This document shows, in pieces, positions 1 to 8,598 of a stretch of DNA of 64,000 nt; within the stretch, counting starts at the first letter, position 1, and every line of letters starts with the position of its first letter. This stretch comes from Actinomycetota bacterium (GTDB taxonomy: Bacteria > Actinomycetota > Acidimicrobiia > Acidimicrobiales > Ilumatobacteraceae). The notes beneath the pieces are model-generated. The model worked only from the letters and a program-made list of their open reading frames with translations, was not told the DNA's origin and did not search any database. The stretch is from assembly GCA_041178405.1 (NCBI GenBank), contig JBEGVK010000055.1:2680-66679 (forward strand). The letters are read 5' to 3'. The translations under genes were made by a program, and so were the position numbers.

Positions 1-798
1 CGGCTCGAGGCCGGTGCACCGGCAGAGGGCGTCGACGGAGATCGCGCGCGCCGGGCATCCCACCCGGTCGAGGACGACCCCGACCTGGCGGAGCGACTCG
101 CATCGGCGGCGAAGGCGGATCGCATCTCGGCCGAGATCGACGACATGCAGCTGAGGATGGAAGGGCGGAGCCGGTCGGTGGCCCGCGACTTCGACATCGT
201 GCTCGGCATCCTCGAGCGGTGGGGCTATGTCGACGGCTGGCAGCTCACCGAGGCGGGCGGGATGCTGTCGAGGCTGTTCCACGAGTGCGACCTGCTGGTG
301 GCGGAGTCCATCCGGCGCGGACTGCTCGATGGGCTCCCTCCCGCAGAGCTGGCTGCCCTCGTCAGTGTGTTCGTGTACGAGCACCGCAGCCCGGATCCGC
401 CGCCGGCACCGTGGTTCCCATCGGACGCTGTCCGCGCCCGGAGCCGCTCGATCGCGCGCCTCAGCAACGAGTTGCGCAGCCTCGAAGCGGCGGCGGGAAC
501 CTCGGTCCACCGGGCACCCGACCCGACCTTTGCTGCGGTGGCGTTCGCGTGGGCAGCGGGAGAGGGGTTCGCCGATGTCGTCGCCGCCGAAGAGCTCTCT
601 GGCGGCGACTTCGTCCGCACCACCAAGCAGCTGATCGACCTCGTGCGCCAGGTCGCCGTCGTCGCGCCAGAGGCGTCCACTCGCCGCGCTGCGCAGGCGG
701 CCGGCGAGTCGCTGTTCCGGGGGGTGGTGGCGGCGTCAGCCGAGGTTCAGCCAGGTGACAGGCAGCCGCCTGACACGAGTGGCGAGGGCATCCGATGA
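1..798 (+). CDS. helY: Ski2/HelY-type DEAD/DEAH helicase, C-terminal fragment (5' end upstream of window)
   Basis: Frame 1 is open from base 1 to TGA 796-798, the same frame as ORF-track 145..798. The tail DFDIVLGILERWGYVDGWQLTEAGGMLSRLFHECDLLVAE...LAALVSVFVYE matches my memory of the C-terminal (DSHCT-like) domain of actinobacterial HelY. Confidence 0.65.
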   Translation, partial: RLEAGAPAEGVDGDRARRASHPVEDDPDLAERLASAAKADRISAEIDDMQLRMEGRSRSVARDFDIVLGILERWGYVDGWQLTEAGGMLSRLFHECDLLVAESIRRGLLDGLPPAELAALVSVFVYEHRSPDPPPAPWFPSDAVRARSRSIARLSNELRSLEAAAGTSVHRAPDPTFAAVAFAWAAGEGFADVVAAEELSGGDFVRTTKQLIDLVRQVAVVAPEASTRRAAQAAGESLFRGVVAASAEVQPGDRQPPDTSGEGIR

Positions 799-1415
799 CG
801 ATCAGGCGCGGCGAGCAGTGGGGCCGCCAGCACGTGCTGTCGGCCGAGGTGCCGGTCGTCGACGGCGACGCAGCCCTTGCGAGGCATGTGGCAGCCGCAC
901 TCGAGCGGGGAGAGCGGCCGCTGCCCGTGGCGGTTCGGTCGGGCGACCTGGCGCGCTCACTGGGCGGCGGGTCAGCTGGTCGGGTCGTGGTGGGCGCGAC
1001 CCTGGTCGAGGCGCCGATCGACATGGTGCGCGTCACGACCGCCGAGGGCGAGGTCCGGTTGATCTGTGCCCATCTCGTGGCCCATCGTGGCCTGTGGCGC
1101 GGCGAGATCGTCGCAGCCGCGAACGCTGGCTTCGTCCGGGGGAGAGACGTGGCGCCGCGGGCACATCCCAACGACGGACGGTTCGATCTCGTCCGCATCG
1201 ATCCGTCGATGTCGTTGCGCGCCCGGAATGCAGCATGGCGCCGGGCAGCGACGGGCTCGCATCTCCCTCACCCGCTCATCTCGGTGACACAGGCGACGGC
1301 CGAGGTGCTGCAGTTCTCCGCACGACTCCGACTGTGGATCGATGGCGAGCCGTGGACGGCAACTGGCTCTGTGACACTCGAGGTCGTCCCGGATGCTGCA
1401 GTGGTGCTGGCCTAG
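795..1415 (+). CDS. hypothetical protein resembling the C-terminal half of DAGK/YegS-type lipid kinases
   Basis: ATG 795 overlaps the helY stop (ATGA 795-798). The ORF is 206 aa. HPNDGRFDLVRIDP...GSHLPHPLI...LRLWIDGEPW resembles the accessory half of the YegS/DAGK family. Only a degenerate VVDGD stands where GGDGT would be. Confidence 0.55.
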   Translation: MTIRRGEQWGRQHVLSAEVPVVDGDAALARHVAAALERGERPLPVAVRSGDLARSLGGGSAGRVVVGATLVEAPIDMVRVTTAEGEVRLICAHLVAHRGLWRGEIVAAANAGFVRGRDVAPRAHPNDGRFDLVRIDPSMSLRARNAAWRRAATGSHLPHPLISVTQATAEVLQFSARLRLWIDGEPWTATGSVTLEVVPDAAVVLA

Positions 1416-1457
1416 CCAGCGGCGAGCGACGGCTAGGTTGCGGTGAGGAGGTACACC

Positions 1458-2669
1458 GTGGACGTGAACTCACTGAAGGCTGCGGTCTGCGCGAGGGTCG
1501 ACGAGCTTGCCGACCGCCTTGTCGATGCCAGCCACCAGATCCATGCCCGGCCCGAGCTGAACTACGAGGAGCGGTTCGCCCACGGACTGCTCACCGACCT
1601 GCTCGACGAGCTCGGTGCCGAGCAGGGAATTCGCCCGGTACGCCACGCATACGGGGTCGAGACGGCATTCGACGCCGAGGTTGGAGCAGCGGGCGGGCCG
1701 TCGGTGGCGGTGCTCTGCGAGTACGACGCCCTGCCCGTCATCGGGCACGCCTGTGGTCACAACATCATCGCTGCTGCGGGCCTCGGCGCAGGCCTCGCTG
1801 CGGCGGTCGTCGCAGAGTCGATGGGCGGCAGGCTGCGCATCATGGGCACGCCCGCCGAGGAGGGTGGCGGCGGCAAGGTCGTGATGGCACGCGCCGGGGC
1901 GTTCGACGGAGTCGACGCAGCGATGATGGTGCATCCCGCTGATGCCGACCTGATCCGCATGGACTGCCTGGCCATCCAGGGTGTCGACGTCGAGTTCCAC
2001 GGTCGTGCTGCCCACGCTGCGGCCGCTCCCTGGGAGGGCCGCAATGCGCTGGATGCCGCCGTCCTCGGATACACCAGTATCTCCCAGATGCGCCAGCACA
2101 TTCGGCCCGATGAGCGCATCCATGGCATCTTCACCAAGGGGGGCGACAAGGCGAACATCGTGCCGTCGTCAGCGGCGATGGAGTGGTACGTGCGCTCGGG
2201 CACGATGCAGCGGCTCGAGGTGCTGAAGGCGCGCGTGGTCACCGCACTGGAGGCGTCGGCTGCAGCGTGTGGATGCAGCATGAACCATCACTGGGTCGAG
2301 AATCCATATGCCGACATGGTCGACAACGGCCCGATGGTGTCGTCCTACGTGGCCAATGCGGGGACGCTCGGACGGCGGGTCGCCGACCCGCGCGCGACCG
2401 GAAAGGTGGTCATGGGCAGCACCGACATGGGCAATATCAGCTATCTGGTGCCCTCGATCCATCCCATGATCCAGGTGGCCCCCGACGGGGTGCCGATCCA
2501 CAGTGTCGACTTCGCCAGGTATGCCGCATCCGACGAGGGTGACCGGGCTGTCATCGACGGGGCAAAGGCAATGGCGATGACGGTCGTCGACCTGTGGTCG
2601 TCCGCCGAGCTGCGCAACGCGGTGGCTGCCGAATTCGCCACCCGGCCCACCGGGGTGGCGGTGCTCTGA
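1458..2669 (+). CDS. M20-family amidohydrolase (M20D, AbgB/HipO-like)
   Basis: AGGAGG at 1446-1451 lies 6 nt before GTG 1458; the ORF-track start 1443 is 5 codons upstream. Motifs HACGHNIIAAAGLGAG and GTPAEEGGGGK are typical of M20D peptidase/amidohydrolases. Confidence 0.85.
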   Translation: MDVNSLKAAVCARVDELADRLVDASHQIHARPELNYEERFAHGLLTDLLDELGAEQGIRPVRHAYGVETAFDAEVGAAGGPSVAVLCEYDALPVIGHACGHNIIAAAGLGAGLAAAVVAESMGGRLRIMGTPAEEGGGGKVVMARAGAFDGVDAAMMVHPADADLIRMDCLAIQGVDVEFHGRAAHAAAAPWEGRNALDAAVLGYTSISQMRQHIRPDERIHGIFTKGGDKANIVPSSAAMEWYVRSGTMQRLEVLKARVVTALEASAAACGCSMNHHWVENPYADMVDNGPMVSSYVANAGTLGRRVADPRATGKVVMGSTDMGNISYLVPSIHPMIQVAPDGVPIHSVDFARYAASDEGDRAVIDGAKAMAMTVVDLWSSAELRNAVAAEFATRPTGVAVL

Positions 2670-2766
2670 GGCCTGCGCCGGCGGACACCGCCGGCGGGTA
2701 CCGCTGGCGGCCTCGCCCGGCCCATGTGGCGCAAGGGCTGACGGGCGTCCCGATCCCTGCGGCGAA

Positions 2767-4395
2767 GTGAGGGCACCCGTAGGATTCTCCCCTGTGACGG
2801 TGTACCTACCCGAGCAGTTCACCGCCGCAGAGTCCGACATCCTCCGTCGGTACTTCACCAATCTCGACGGTCCGGTGTTCGCCCTCGTGAACCTGCCCGA
2901 GGTGGTGAAGGGCGCACTGTTCGCGAGGTATAGCCGCAGCCCCAAGAGCCTGCGGCGACTCTTCCTCGACGAGTTCGTGGGCGAACTCGACATCACCGGC
3001 GACGCCTCGGTGGATGCCACTATCGGCCTCGAGCGCGCCGAGGAACTGTACGAGAAGGTATTCGTCGAGTACGGCGACGACTCGGTGGCCCAGCTCGGCG
3101 GGGTCCACCTTGCGTGCGAGCAGGCGAGCAACATCCTCACCAAGGTGCTCGAGTGGGGCCGCCTGATGAGCTATCTCGAGCAGAGCACCCGCTACATCAG
3201 CTACGACATCCGGCTCGAGGGCAGGTACCGGTTCTTCCGCGATCCGGACATCATGGGCAGCCGATTCGGCACGCGGTACGTGGGCGACATGGACCGAGTC
3301 TTCGACAGCTACTCGCTGCTCATGGACAAGGTCGTCGATCACGTGCGCGCCACCGTGCCTCGGAATCCATCCGACAGCGACTTCGTCTACCGGGCAGCCA
3401 CGAGGGCGAAGACACTCGACGCCGTCCGCGGCGTCCTGCCGGCCGCTGCGCTCAGCAATGTGGGTATCTACGGTTCCGGGCAGGCATTCGAGGCGTTGGT
3501 CATCCGTCTTCGCTCGCATCCGCTCCCCGAGGCGCGGGACTACGCCGACATGATGCTCACCGAGCTCCGCAAGGTGATCCCGAGCTTCCTGCGCCGTGTC
3601 GACATTCCCGAGCGAGGCGGACGGTGGGTGCAGTACCTCAACTCGACACGCTCCAATACAGCGGCGCTCGTCGACTCGCTCTTCGGCGGCTCGCCCGTCG
3701 AGCAGGCCGACAGCGTCGAGTTGGTCGACTTCGACCCTGATGCGGAGAACAAGCTGCTCGCAGCGATCTGCTACCCCCACACCAATCTGCCCGAGCACCA
3801 GATCATGCAGAAGGTGCGTGCCCTTGGTCCCACCGAGCGGGTGGCACTGCTGCGCGCCTACGTGGGAGAGCGCGAGAACCGCCGGCACCGGCCTGGACGT
3901 GCCTTCGAGCGGGTCGACTACCGGTTCGACGTGCTGAGCGACTACGGCGCCTTCCGCGATCTCCAGCGGCATCGCATGCTGACCATCGACTGGCAGCCGC
4001 TGTCGCCGAACCACGGCTACGTTCGCCCCGAACTCATCGATGAGGCGGGCATGGCCGACGTCTTCGACGAGGCAATGGCGCGGTCGGCAGCGTTGTACGA
4101 CAAGCTGCGCCCCAGCTTCCCGCAGCAGGCGCAGTACGCGGTCAGCATGGCGTACCGAGTCCGCTACTCGATGCAGTTCAATGCGAGGGAGGCGATGCAC
4201 CTGCTCGAACTGCGGTCCTCGCCACAGGGCCACCCGTCGTACCGGCGGATCGCGTTGCAGATGCACGAGCTGATCGCGACGAAGGCCGGCCACAAGGCTG
4301 TCGCCGACGCAATGACTCACCTCACGACAGCGGCCCCCGAACTCGAGCGCCTTGAGGCCGAGCGGCGGGCCGAGCGGCGGCGCAGCGGGTCCTGA
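2767..4395 (+). CDS. double-length ThyX (Thy1)-like protein
   Basis: 542 aa. The N-half has LEQSTRY (SQRY-like) but WGRLMS where RHR is expected. The C-half has LQRHRMLT (RHR motif). This is about twice the canonical ThyX length. The start (GTG 2767) is uncertain. Confidence 0.75.
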   Translation: MRAPVGFSPVTVYLPEQFTAAESDILRRYFTNLDGPVFALVNLPEVVKGALFARYSRSPKSLRRLFLDEFVGELDITGDASVDATIGLERAEELYEKVFVEYGDDSVAQLGGVHLACEQASNILTKVLEWGRLMSYLEQSTRYISYDIRLEGRYRFFRDPDIMGSRFGTRYVGDMDRVFDSYSLLMDKVVDHVRATVPRNPSDSDFVYRAATRAKTLDAVRGVLPAAALSNVGIYGSGQAFEALVIRLRSHPLPEARDYADMMLTELRKVIPSFLRRVDIPERGGRWVQYLNSTRSNTAALVDSLFGGSPVEQADSVELVDFDPDAENKLLAAICYPHTNLPEHQIMQKVRALGPTERVALLRAYVGERENRRHRPGRAFERVDYRFDVLSDYGAFRDLQRHRMLTIDWQPLSPNHGYVRPELIDEAGMADVFDEAMARSAALYDKLRPSFPQQAQYAVSMAYRVRYSMQFNAREAMHLLELRSSPQGHPSYRRIALQMHELIATKAGHKAVADAMTHLTTAAPELERLEAERRAERRRSGS

Positions 4396-4513
4396 GCCCC
4401 GGATTCGCCGGCGTGGGCCGTCACGCGACGGGACCCGGCGTCCGTCGTGGTCCCGCAACCACATTCTGGGAGGATCGGGCGAGACGGCGTGTAACCTCCG
4501 TCGCCGCCCGGCG

Positions 4514-4519
4514 TAGTAT
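4514..4519 (+). promoter_or_regulatory. -10-like hexamer TAGTAT upstream of the DUF4193 gene
   Basis: TAGTAT sits in an otherwise GC-rich intergenic region, about 30 nt upstream of ATG 4549 and before the GGGAGAGG Shine-Dalgarno. There is no convincing -35. Confidence 0.3.
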
Positions 4520-4548
4520 CCCCAACTCACGCGGGAGAGGTGAATTCG

Positions 4549-5055
4549 ATGGCTGGCGATGACGATATGCCCGACGACCTCGACGACGTCGTCGACGAGG
4601 AAATCGACGAACTCGAGGACGAACCTGACGACGACGAACTCGACCCAGATCTCGAGGATGATCTCGACGCCGATCTCGACGACGAACTCGAGCTTGACGG
4701 CGAACTCGACGGCGAGCTCGACGGCGAAGAGGACGAAATCGAGGGTGCCCCTGCGGATGCCACCGCCGACGGCCCGCGTCGACGTGCGGTCGCAGAGGAC
4801 GAGGACGACGACGAGCTCCTGTCTGCCGACGATGTCGAGGAAGACCTCGACACCATCCTCAAGGCGACCATGGCAGGCGCCGACGAGGACGACGGTGAGG
4901 ACGAGGACGAGAGTCCCGAGGTGCAGGGCGACCCGGGCGACAAGCTGCAGCCCAAGCGAGCCGACGAGCGCTTGTGCTCGTCGTGCTTCCTCCTCGTGAG
5001 GCAGGCGGCGCCGTCGTGTCCGGTTGGCGACGACGAGTGTCCGCTGTTCTCCTGA
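4549..5055 (+). CDS. DUF4193-type protein with an acidic N-terminus and a C-terminal Cys cluster
   Basis: GGGAGAGG lies 8 nt before ATG 4549. The N-terminus is Asp/Glu-rich (DDLDDVVDEEIDELEDEPDDDELD...). The C-terminal CSSCFLLV...CPVGDDECPLF is as I remember for actinobacterial DUF4193 (Rv2699c-like). Confidence 0.8.
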   Translation: MAGDDDMPDDLDDVVDEEIDELEDEPDDDELDPDLEDDLDADLDDELELDGELDGELDGEEDEIEGAPADATADGPRRRAVAEDEDDDELLSADDVEEDLDTILKATMAGADEDDGEDEDESPEVQGDPGDKLQPKRADERLCSSCFLLVRQAAPSCPVGDDECPLFS

Positions 5056-5065
5056 GGCGACCGTG

Positions 5066-5587
5066 ATGGCGGACGGGACCGACGGCGGCGAGACCGTTCC
5101 GCACGGGGGAGTGCAGCCACGTGCAGGGCGACTGCTCGAACTCGCGCTCTTCGCCCCGCTCGGTGCACTCGATCTTGCATGGCGCGAGCTGCCTGCGCTG
5201 GCCCGGCGACGGCGAACGCAGGTCGAGCAGCAGGTCCGCACCGCCAGATGGCTAGGCGAGATGGCCGTGCGGATGGGGCAGACGAAGCTGTCGGCTGAGT
5301 TCGATGCCCGTCGTCGACGCGCAACTCGCGGCACGGTCGCCGAACGCCGATCTGCGCAGGACGGGTCCGCATCCACGGATCCGGCGACCACCGTCGCAGG
5401 GCTTCACCTCGTGGAGCCGTCGGCGGCTGAGCCCTTCCCCGGCTACGACGCGCTGCCCGCAGTCGACCTCGTGCCGCTGCTCGGCCGTCTGTCCCGTGCA
5501 GAACTCGAAGTTGTACGCCACTACGAGGCAGCGATGCGCAATCGCCGGACGGTGCTCGCACGAGTGGAGCAGCTGCTCGCTGCCTGA
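5066..5587 (+). CDS. hypothetical protein
   Basis: ATG 5066 follows GAGG with 8-nt spacing, trimmed from ORF-track 5024. Codon third positions are GC-rich. I recognise no family. The C-terminal YDALPAVDLVPLLGRLSRAELEVVRHYE motif is noted. Confidence 0.55.
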   Translation: MADGTDGGETVPHGGVQPRAGRLLELALFAPLGALDLAWRELPALARRRRTQVEQQVRTARWLGEMAVRMGQTKLSAEFDARRRRATRGTVAERRSAQDGSASTDPATTVAGLHLVEPSAAEPFPGYDALPAVDLVPLLGRLSRAELEVVRHYEAAMRNRRTVLARVEQLLAA

Positions 5588-5604
5588 GCGGGCCGCCGGA
5601 TGCC

Positions 5605-6057
5605 ATGACCTCGATTTCCGCTGCCGTTCGGCGTCTCGAATCCGGCGACTGCGGGCTGGTCGGGATGCTCGAGGGGATGTGGCGGGCTGCGGCGTCCGGC
5701 TACCGCGGTGCCGACGAATTGCTCGCCGAGACACCGGTCGTGCCAGCGTGGGGTGACAGGGTCGGCGACGACGAACACCCTGTGTGGGTCGGGACGATCG
5801 ACGGCGTGGTTGCAGGGTTCCTCGAGCTCGACGCGGTGGGTTCTGTCGCGTCAGTCCTGCGAGTGTTCGTGCACCCCGATGCACGTGAACTGGGACTCGG
5901 CGACGACCTGCTGGCCGCCGCGATCGAGTTCGCCCGATCGGCAGGCTGCGGGCGATTCGAAGGCACCGCACTGCCGGGCGACCGGCTCACCAAGAACCTC
6001 TATGAGCGGGCCGGCATCGTGGCCCGCAAGGTGGTGCTCTCGACCCGTCTCGGGTGA
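5605..6057 (+). CDS. GNAT-family N-acetyltransferase
   Basis: 150 aa. The acetyl-CoA-binding-like segment is VFVHPDARELGLGDDLLAAAIEFARSAGCGRF. Confidence 0.8.
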   Translation: MTSISAAVRRLESGDCGLVGMLEGMWRAAASGYRGADELLAETPVVPAWGDRVGDDEHPVWVGTIDGVVAGFLELDAVGSVASVLRVFVHPDARELGLGDDLLAAAIEFARSAGCGRFEGTALPGDRLTKNLYERAGIVARKVVLSTRLG

Positions 6058-6061
6058 GACC

Positions 6062-6847
6062 TCAACGACCCTTCCACTGCGGGGCACGCTTCTCGATGAA
6101 GGCCGTCAACCCTTCCTTGGTGTCCTCGGATGAGAGAACGGTGGCGAACTCCTCGTTGGTCATTCGCTTCAGGGAGTCGTCGTCAGCCCAGGCTGCAGCG
6201 AGTACGACCCGTCGACTGGCCCAGACGGCGAGCGGTGCAGCAGCGCAGATCGAGTCCGCGAGGCGCTGAGCCTCGGCGAGCGCCTCGCCGGGCCCGACGA
6301 TGCGGTTGACGAGGCCGAGGTCGTAGGCCCGCTGCGCTGGAATCGGCTCGCCGGTGAGGATCGCCTCCATGGCTGCCGCCTGGCCGATCGCCCGCGGCAG
6401 GCGGAAGAGTCCGCCAGCGCCGGCGATGAGGTTGCGCTTCACCTCGGCGAGTCCGAACGCCGACTGGGTCGTGGCGACCACGAGGTCGGCGGCAAGCACG
6501 ATCTCGCATCCGCCCGCAGTGGCGAGGCCGTCGACGGCCACGATGACAGGCTTGGTGCGCTCGCGGTAGACGAAACCCGCAAAGCCACCTCGGGCAGTGG
6601 CAAGCGCTGCGGCGTTGCCTGAATTGATGGCCTTCAGGTCGGCCCCGGCACAGAAGACGGGCCGCTCCTGGCCGGCGGTGTTGGCGGTGATGATGCCCAC
6701 CCACACCTCGGAGTCGTTCTCCATCGCATCGATCGCCGCCTCCATGGCGGAGGCGACGTCGCCGTTCACTGCATTGCGTGCCTCAGGGCGATTGAGCGTG
6801 ATGACGGCCGTGCGGCCGGACGTTGCATACGAGACGATCTCAGTCAT
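6062..6847 (-). CDS. enoyl-CoA hydratase/isomerase (crotonase) family protein
   Basis: 261 aa. ITLNRPEARNAVN...FCAGADLK...AVDGLATAGGCEIVLAADL is the classic crotonase signature. Confidence 0.9.
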   Translation of the reverse strand: MTEIVSYATSGRTAVITLNRPEARNAVNGDVASAMEAAIDAMENDSEVWVGIITANTAGQERPVFCAGADLKAINSGNAAALATARGGFAGFVYRERTKPVIVAVDGLATAGGCEIVLAADLVVATTQSAFGLAEVKRNLIAGAGGLFRLPRAIGQAAAMEAILTGEPIPAQRAYDLGLVNRIVGPGEALAEAQRLADSICAAAPLAVWASRRVVLAAAWADDDSLKRMTNEEFATVLSSEDTKEGLTAFIEKRAPQWKGR

Positions 6848-6894
6848 GTGGGCGACGGTAGCGGCGGGCGCCGACCGGTGCCGAACCGGTGCGA

Positions 6895-8535
6895 CTAGGC
6901 GTCGGCTGACAGGTCCGTCTCGCCGGCTTCGGCCTGCTCGATCACCTCGGCGACCACTGCCTCGACCGCCGCCACCACCGACTCGGTGATGCTGAGTTCG
7001 TCGGCGGCGACCAGGCTGGCGACGACCGTCTCGCCAGAGGCTGCGTCGTCGGCCACCGTGTCGGCATGGTCAGCGGTGTCGGCATGGTCAGCGGTGTCGG
7101 CATGGTCAGCAGCGTCCGCTGCGTCGACGACGGCCACCGGAGCGGCAGGGAGGGCATCCGACGCACTGGCGACGGCTCGGGCGGGCACGCCGGGTACGGG
7201 CGGCGGGGGCGGCACCTGGCGTCGGCCGGCAGGCGCCCCGACGGCCGGGCGTGTCGGACGCGTCGGTCGGAGCGGCTTGGGCTGGGCGGCCTTGGTGTCG
7301 ACAGCGAGTTCGAACAGTGCGGCGATCTTCGGCAGGGCCGGACCCAGCCGCTTCACCGTGGCGAGCAGCTCGTCGGTCACCTGCGCCGGCTTGGCTGCCG
7401 GTGCCACCAGTTGTCGGATGGGGCTGAATGCCGCCGCTTCGAGTACGGCGACCCAGCGCTCTGCGAGTGCATCGGCGGTGAGGTTCTCGTTGGTCACCGC
7501 AGCGAGACGACCCGCCAGGTCGGCGGGGAAGCGGATGCCGGCCTTCGGCGGCTGTGATGAGAGTTTGAGGGCACGCACGACCCGTCCGACGCCGAGGGCG
7601 GCGTCGATATCGCCGAGCCACTGGGTGAGCTCGTGCTCCTGCTTGCGGACCAGTGCCGCCTTCAGGCCGTCGGCCAGCTCACGCGTGGTGTCGTCGCGGG
7701 CCACCATCGGGTCGTCGGCTGCGACGACGACGCTGCGCAGGTCGCGTAGGTCGAGTTCGTCGATATCGGCCATCGCTGCGTCAGCCCGGTCGCGCCACTC
7801 GGCGACACGCAGGGCGGGCTGGAGGTCTTCGGCGATCTTGAGAATTCCCTTGTCGTCGATCGGTGCCTGGCCCTCGGCGGTCAAGCGCCTGTTCTGCTCG
7901 GTGAGCGCCTGGCGGACGGCCGGGATGCCGCCCTGCAGCAGGCGCTCGGCAATGGTGCGCTCGGCCTCGGAGAGGCCCTTCAGCACGGCGTTGCGGTGGG
8001 CGCGGCCGGGCCGAAGGCGCTTGGGCCGCGGCCGCTGCGGCAGTTCAGGCGGGGCCTCGAAGCGAGGCCTGCGGTCGGGGCGGGGGCCGCGATCGGGCCG
8101 GTCGCCCTCGGGACGCCGCGGGCCACGGCGGTCATCGCGGTCGCGGCGATCACGATCGGGTCGATCGCCCCGGTCGGAGGGGCGGCGGTCAGCCCGGTCG
8201 CGTCGGTCGCCGGGTCGCCGGTCGCCTCGATCGCCCCGAGCGCCGCGCTCCTTGCGGGCGAGCTGTTGGGTCACTGCCTCGAAGGGCTTGTCGGAGGGGA
8301 TGAGGGTCAGCAGGTTCGACTTTCCCTCGCGGCCCTTGATCGGCGTCACCGACAGCACGGTCATTCCGTCGACGTCGTTCTCGGCCTCGGCGCGCAGCAC
8401 TGCTCCCACACCGATTCCTGCGGGGATGAGGGCACCGTCGAGCACCCCCTTGGGCTGCTGGGCGCCGGCAGCGCGCCAGGTCCACGTCCCGTCTGGGCGC
8501 GCACTGGTGAGTTCGATGTCGAACCGTCGAGACAT
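6895..8535 (-). CDS. hypothetical protein with an Arg/Asp-rich disordered centre and a repeat-bearing acidic C-terminus
   Basis: ORF-track 6895..8913 is trimmed to ATG 8535 (MSRRFDIELT...), because the upstream extension is antisense to the gene at 8599. The middle is RGDRGDRRPGDRRDRADRRPSDRGDRPDRDRRDRDDRRGPRRPEGDRPDRGPRPDRRPR. I recognise no family. Confidence 0.7.
   Translation of the reverse strand: MSRRFDIELTSARPDGTWTWRAAGAQQPKGVLDGALIPAGIGVGAVLRAEAENDVDGMTVLSVTPIKGREGKSNLLTLIPSDKPFEAVTQQLARKERGARGDRGDRRPGDRRDRADRRPSDRGDRPDRDRRDRDDRRGPRRPEGDRPDRGPRPDRRPRFEAPPELPQRPRPKRLRPGRAHRNAVLKGLSEAERTIAERLLQGGIPAVRQALTEQNRRLTAEGQAPIDDKGILKIAEDLQPALRVAEWRDRADAAMADIDELDLRDLRSVVVAADDPMVARDDTTRELADGLKAALVRKQEHELTQWLGDIDAALGVGRVVRALKLSSQPPKAGIRFPADLAGRLAAVTNENLTADALAERWVAVLEAAAFSPIRQLVAPAAKPAQVTDELLATVKRLGPALPKIAALFELAVDTKAAQPKPLRPTRPTRPAVGAPAGRRQVPPPPPVPGVPARAVASASDALPAAPVAVVDAADAADHADTADHADTADHADTVADDAASGETVVASLVAADELSITESVVAAVEAVVAEVIEQAEAGETDLSADA
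7058..7111. repeat. 18-bp tandem repeat x3 inside a coding region
   Basis: GTGTCGGCATGGTCAGCG occurs at 7058-7075 and 7076-7093, with a third unit at 7094-7111 differing only in its last base. It is in frame and encodes ADHADT x3 on the minus strand. Confidence 0.95.
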
Positions 8536-8598
8536 AGGGAACCACGCTACTGGCTCGGACCACCCCGCTCCACCGCCCGCCGGCGGTACTGTGCGGCC

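Noticed and set aside
2806-5391. An 861-aa minus-strand ORF, plus many similar long ORFs in the track (for example 461..1198 -, 4527..5606 -, 6986..8671 +, 12294..13772 +, 37380..38567 -).
   Set aside because: These are shadow ORFs, typical of GC-rich DNA. They are Arg/Pro/Gly/Ala-dominated and have no recognisable motifs. Each lies antisense to or out of frame with genes that carry clear family signatures.
7058-7111. A possible CRISPR or minisatellite array.
   Set aside because: Only three contiguous 18-bp units are present, with no spacers. They are in frame inside a coding region, so this is a coding tandem repeat, not CRISPR.
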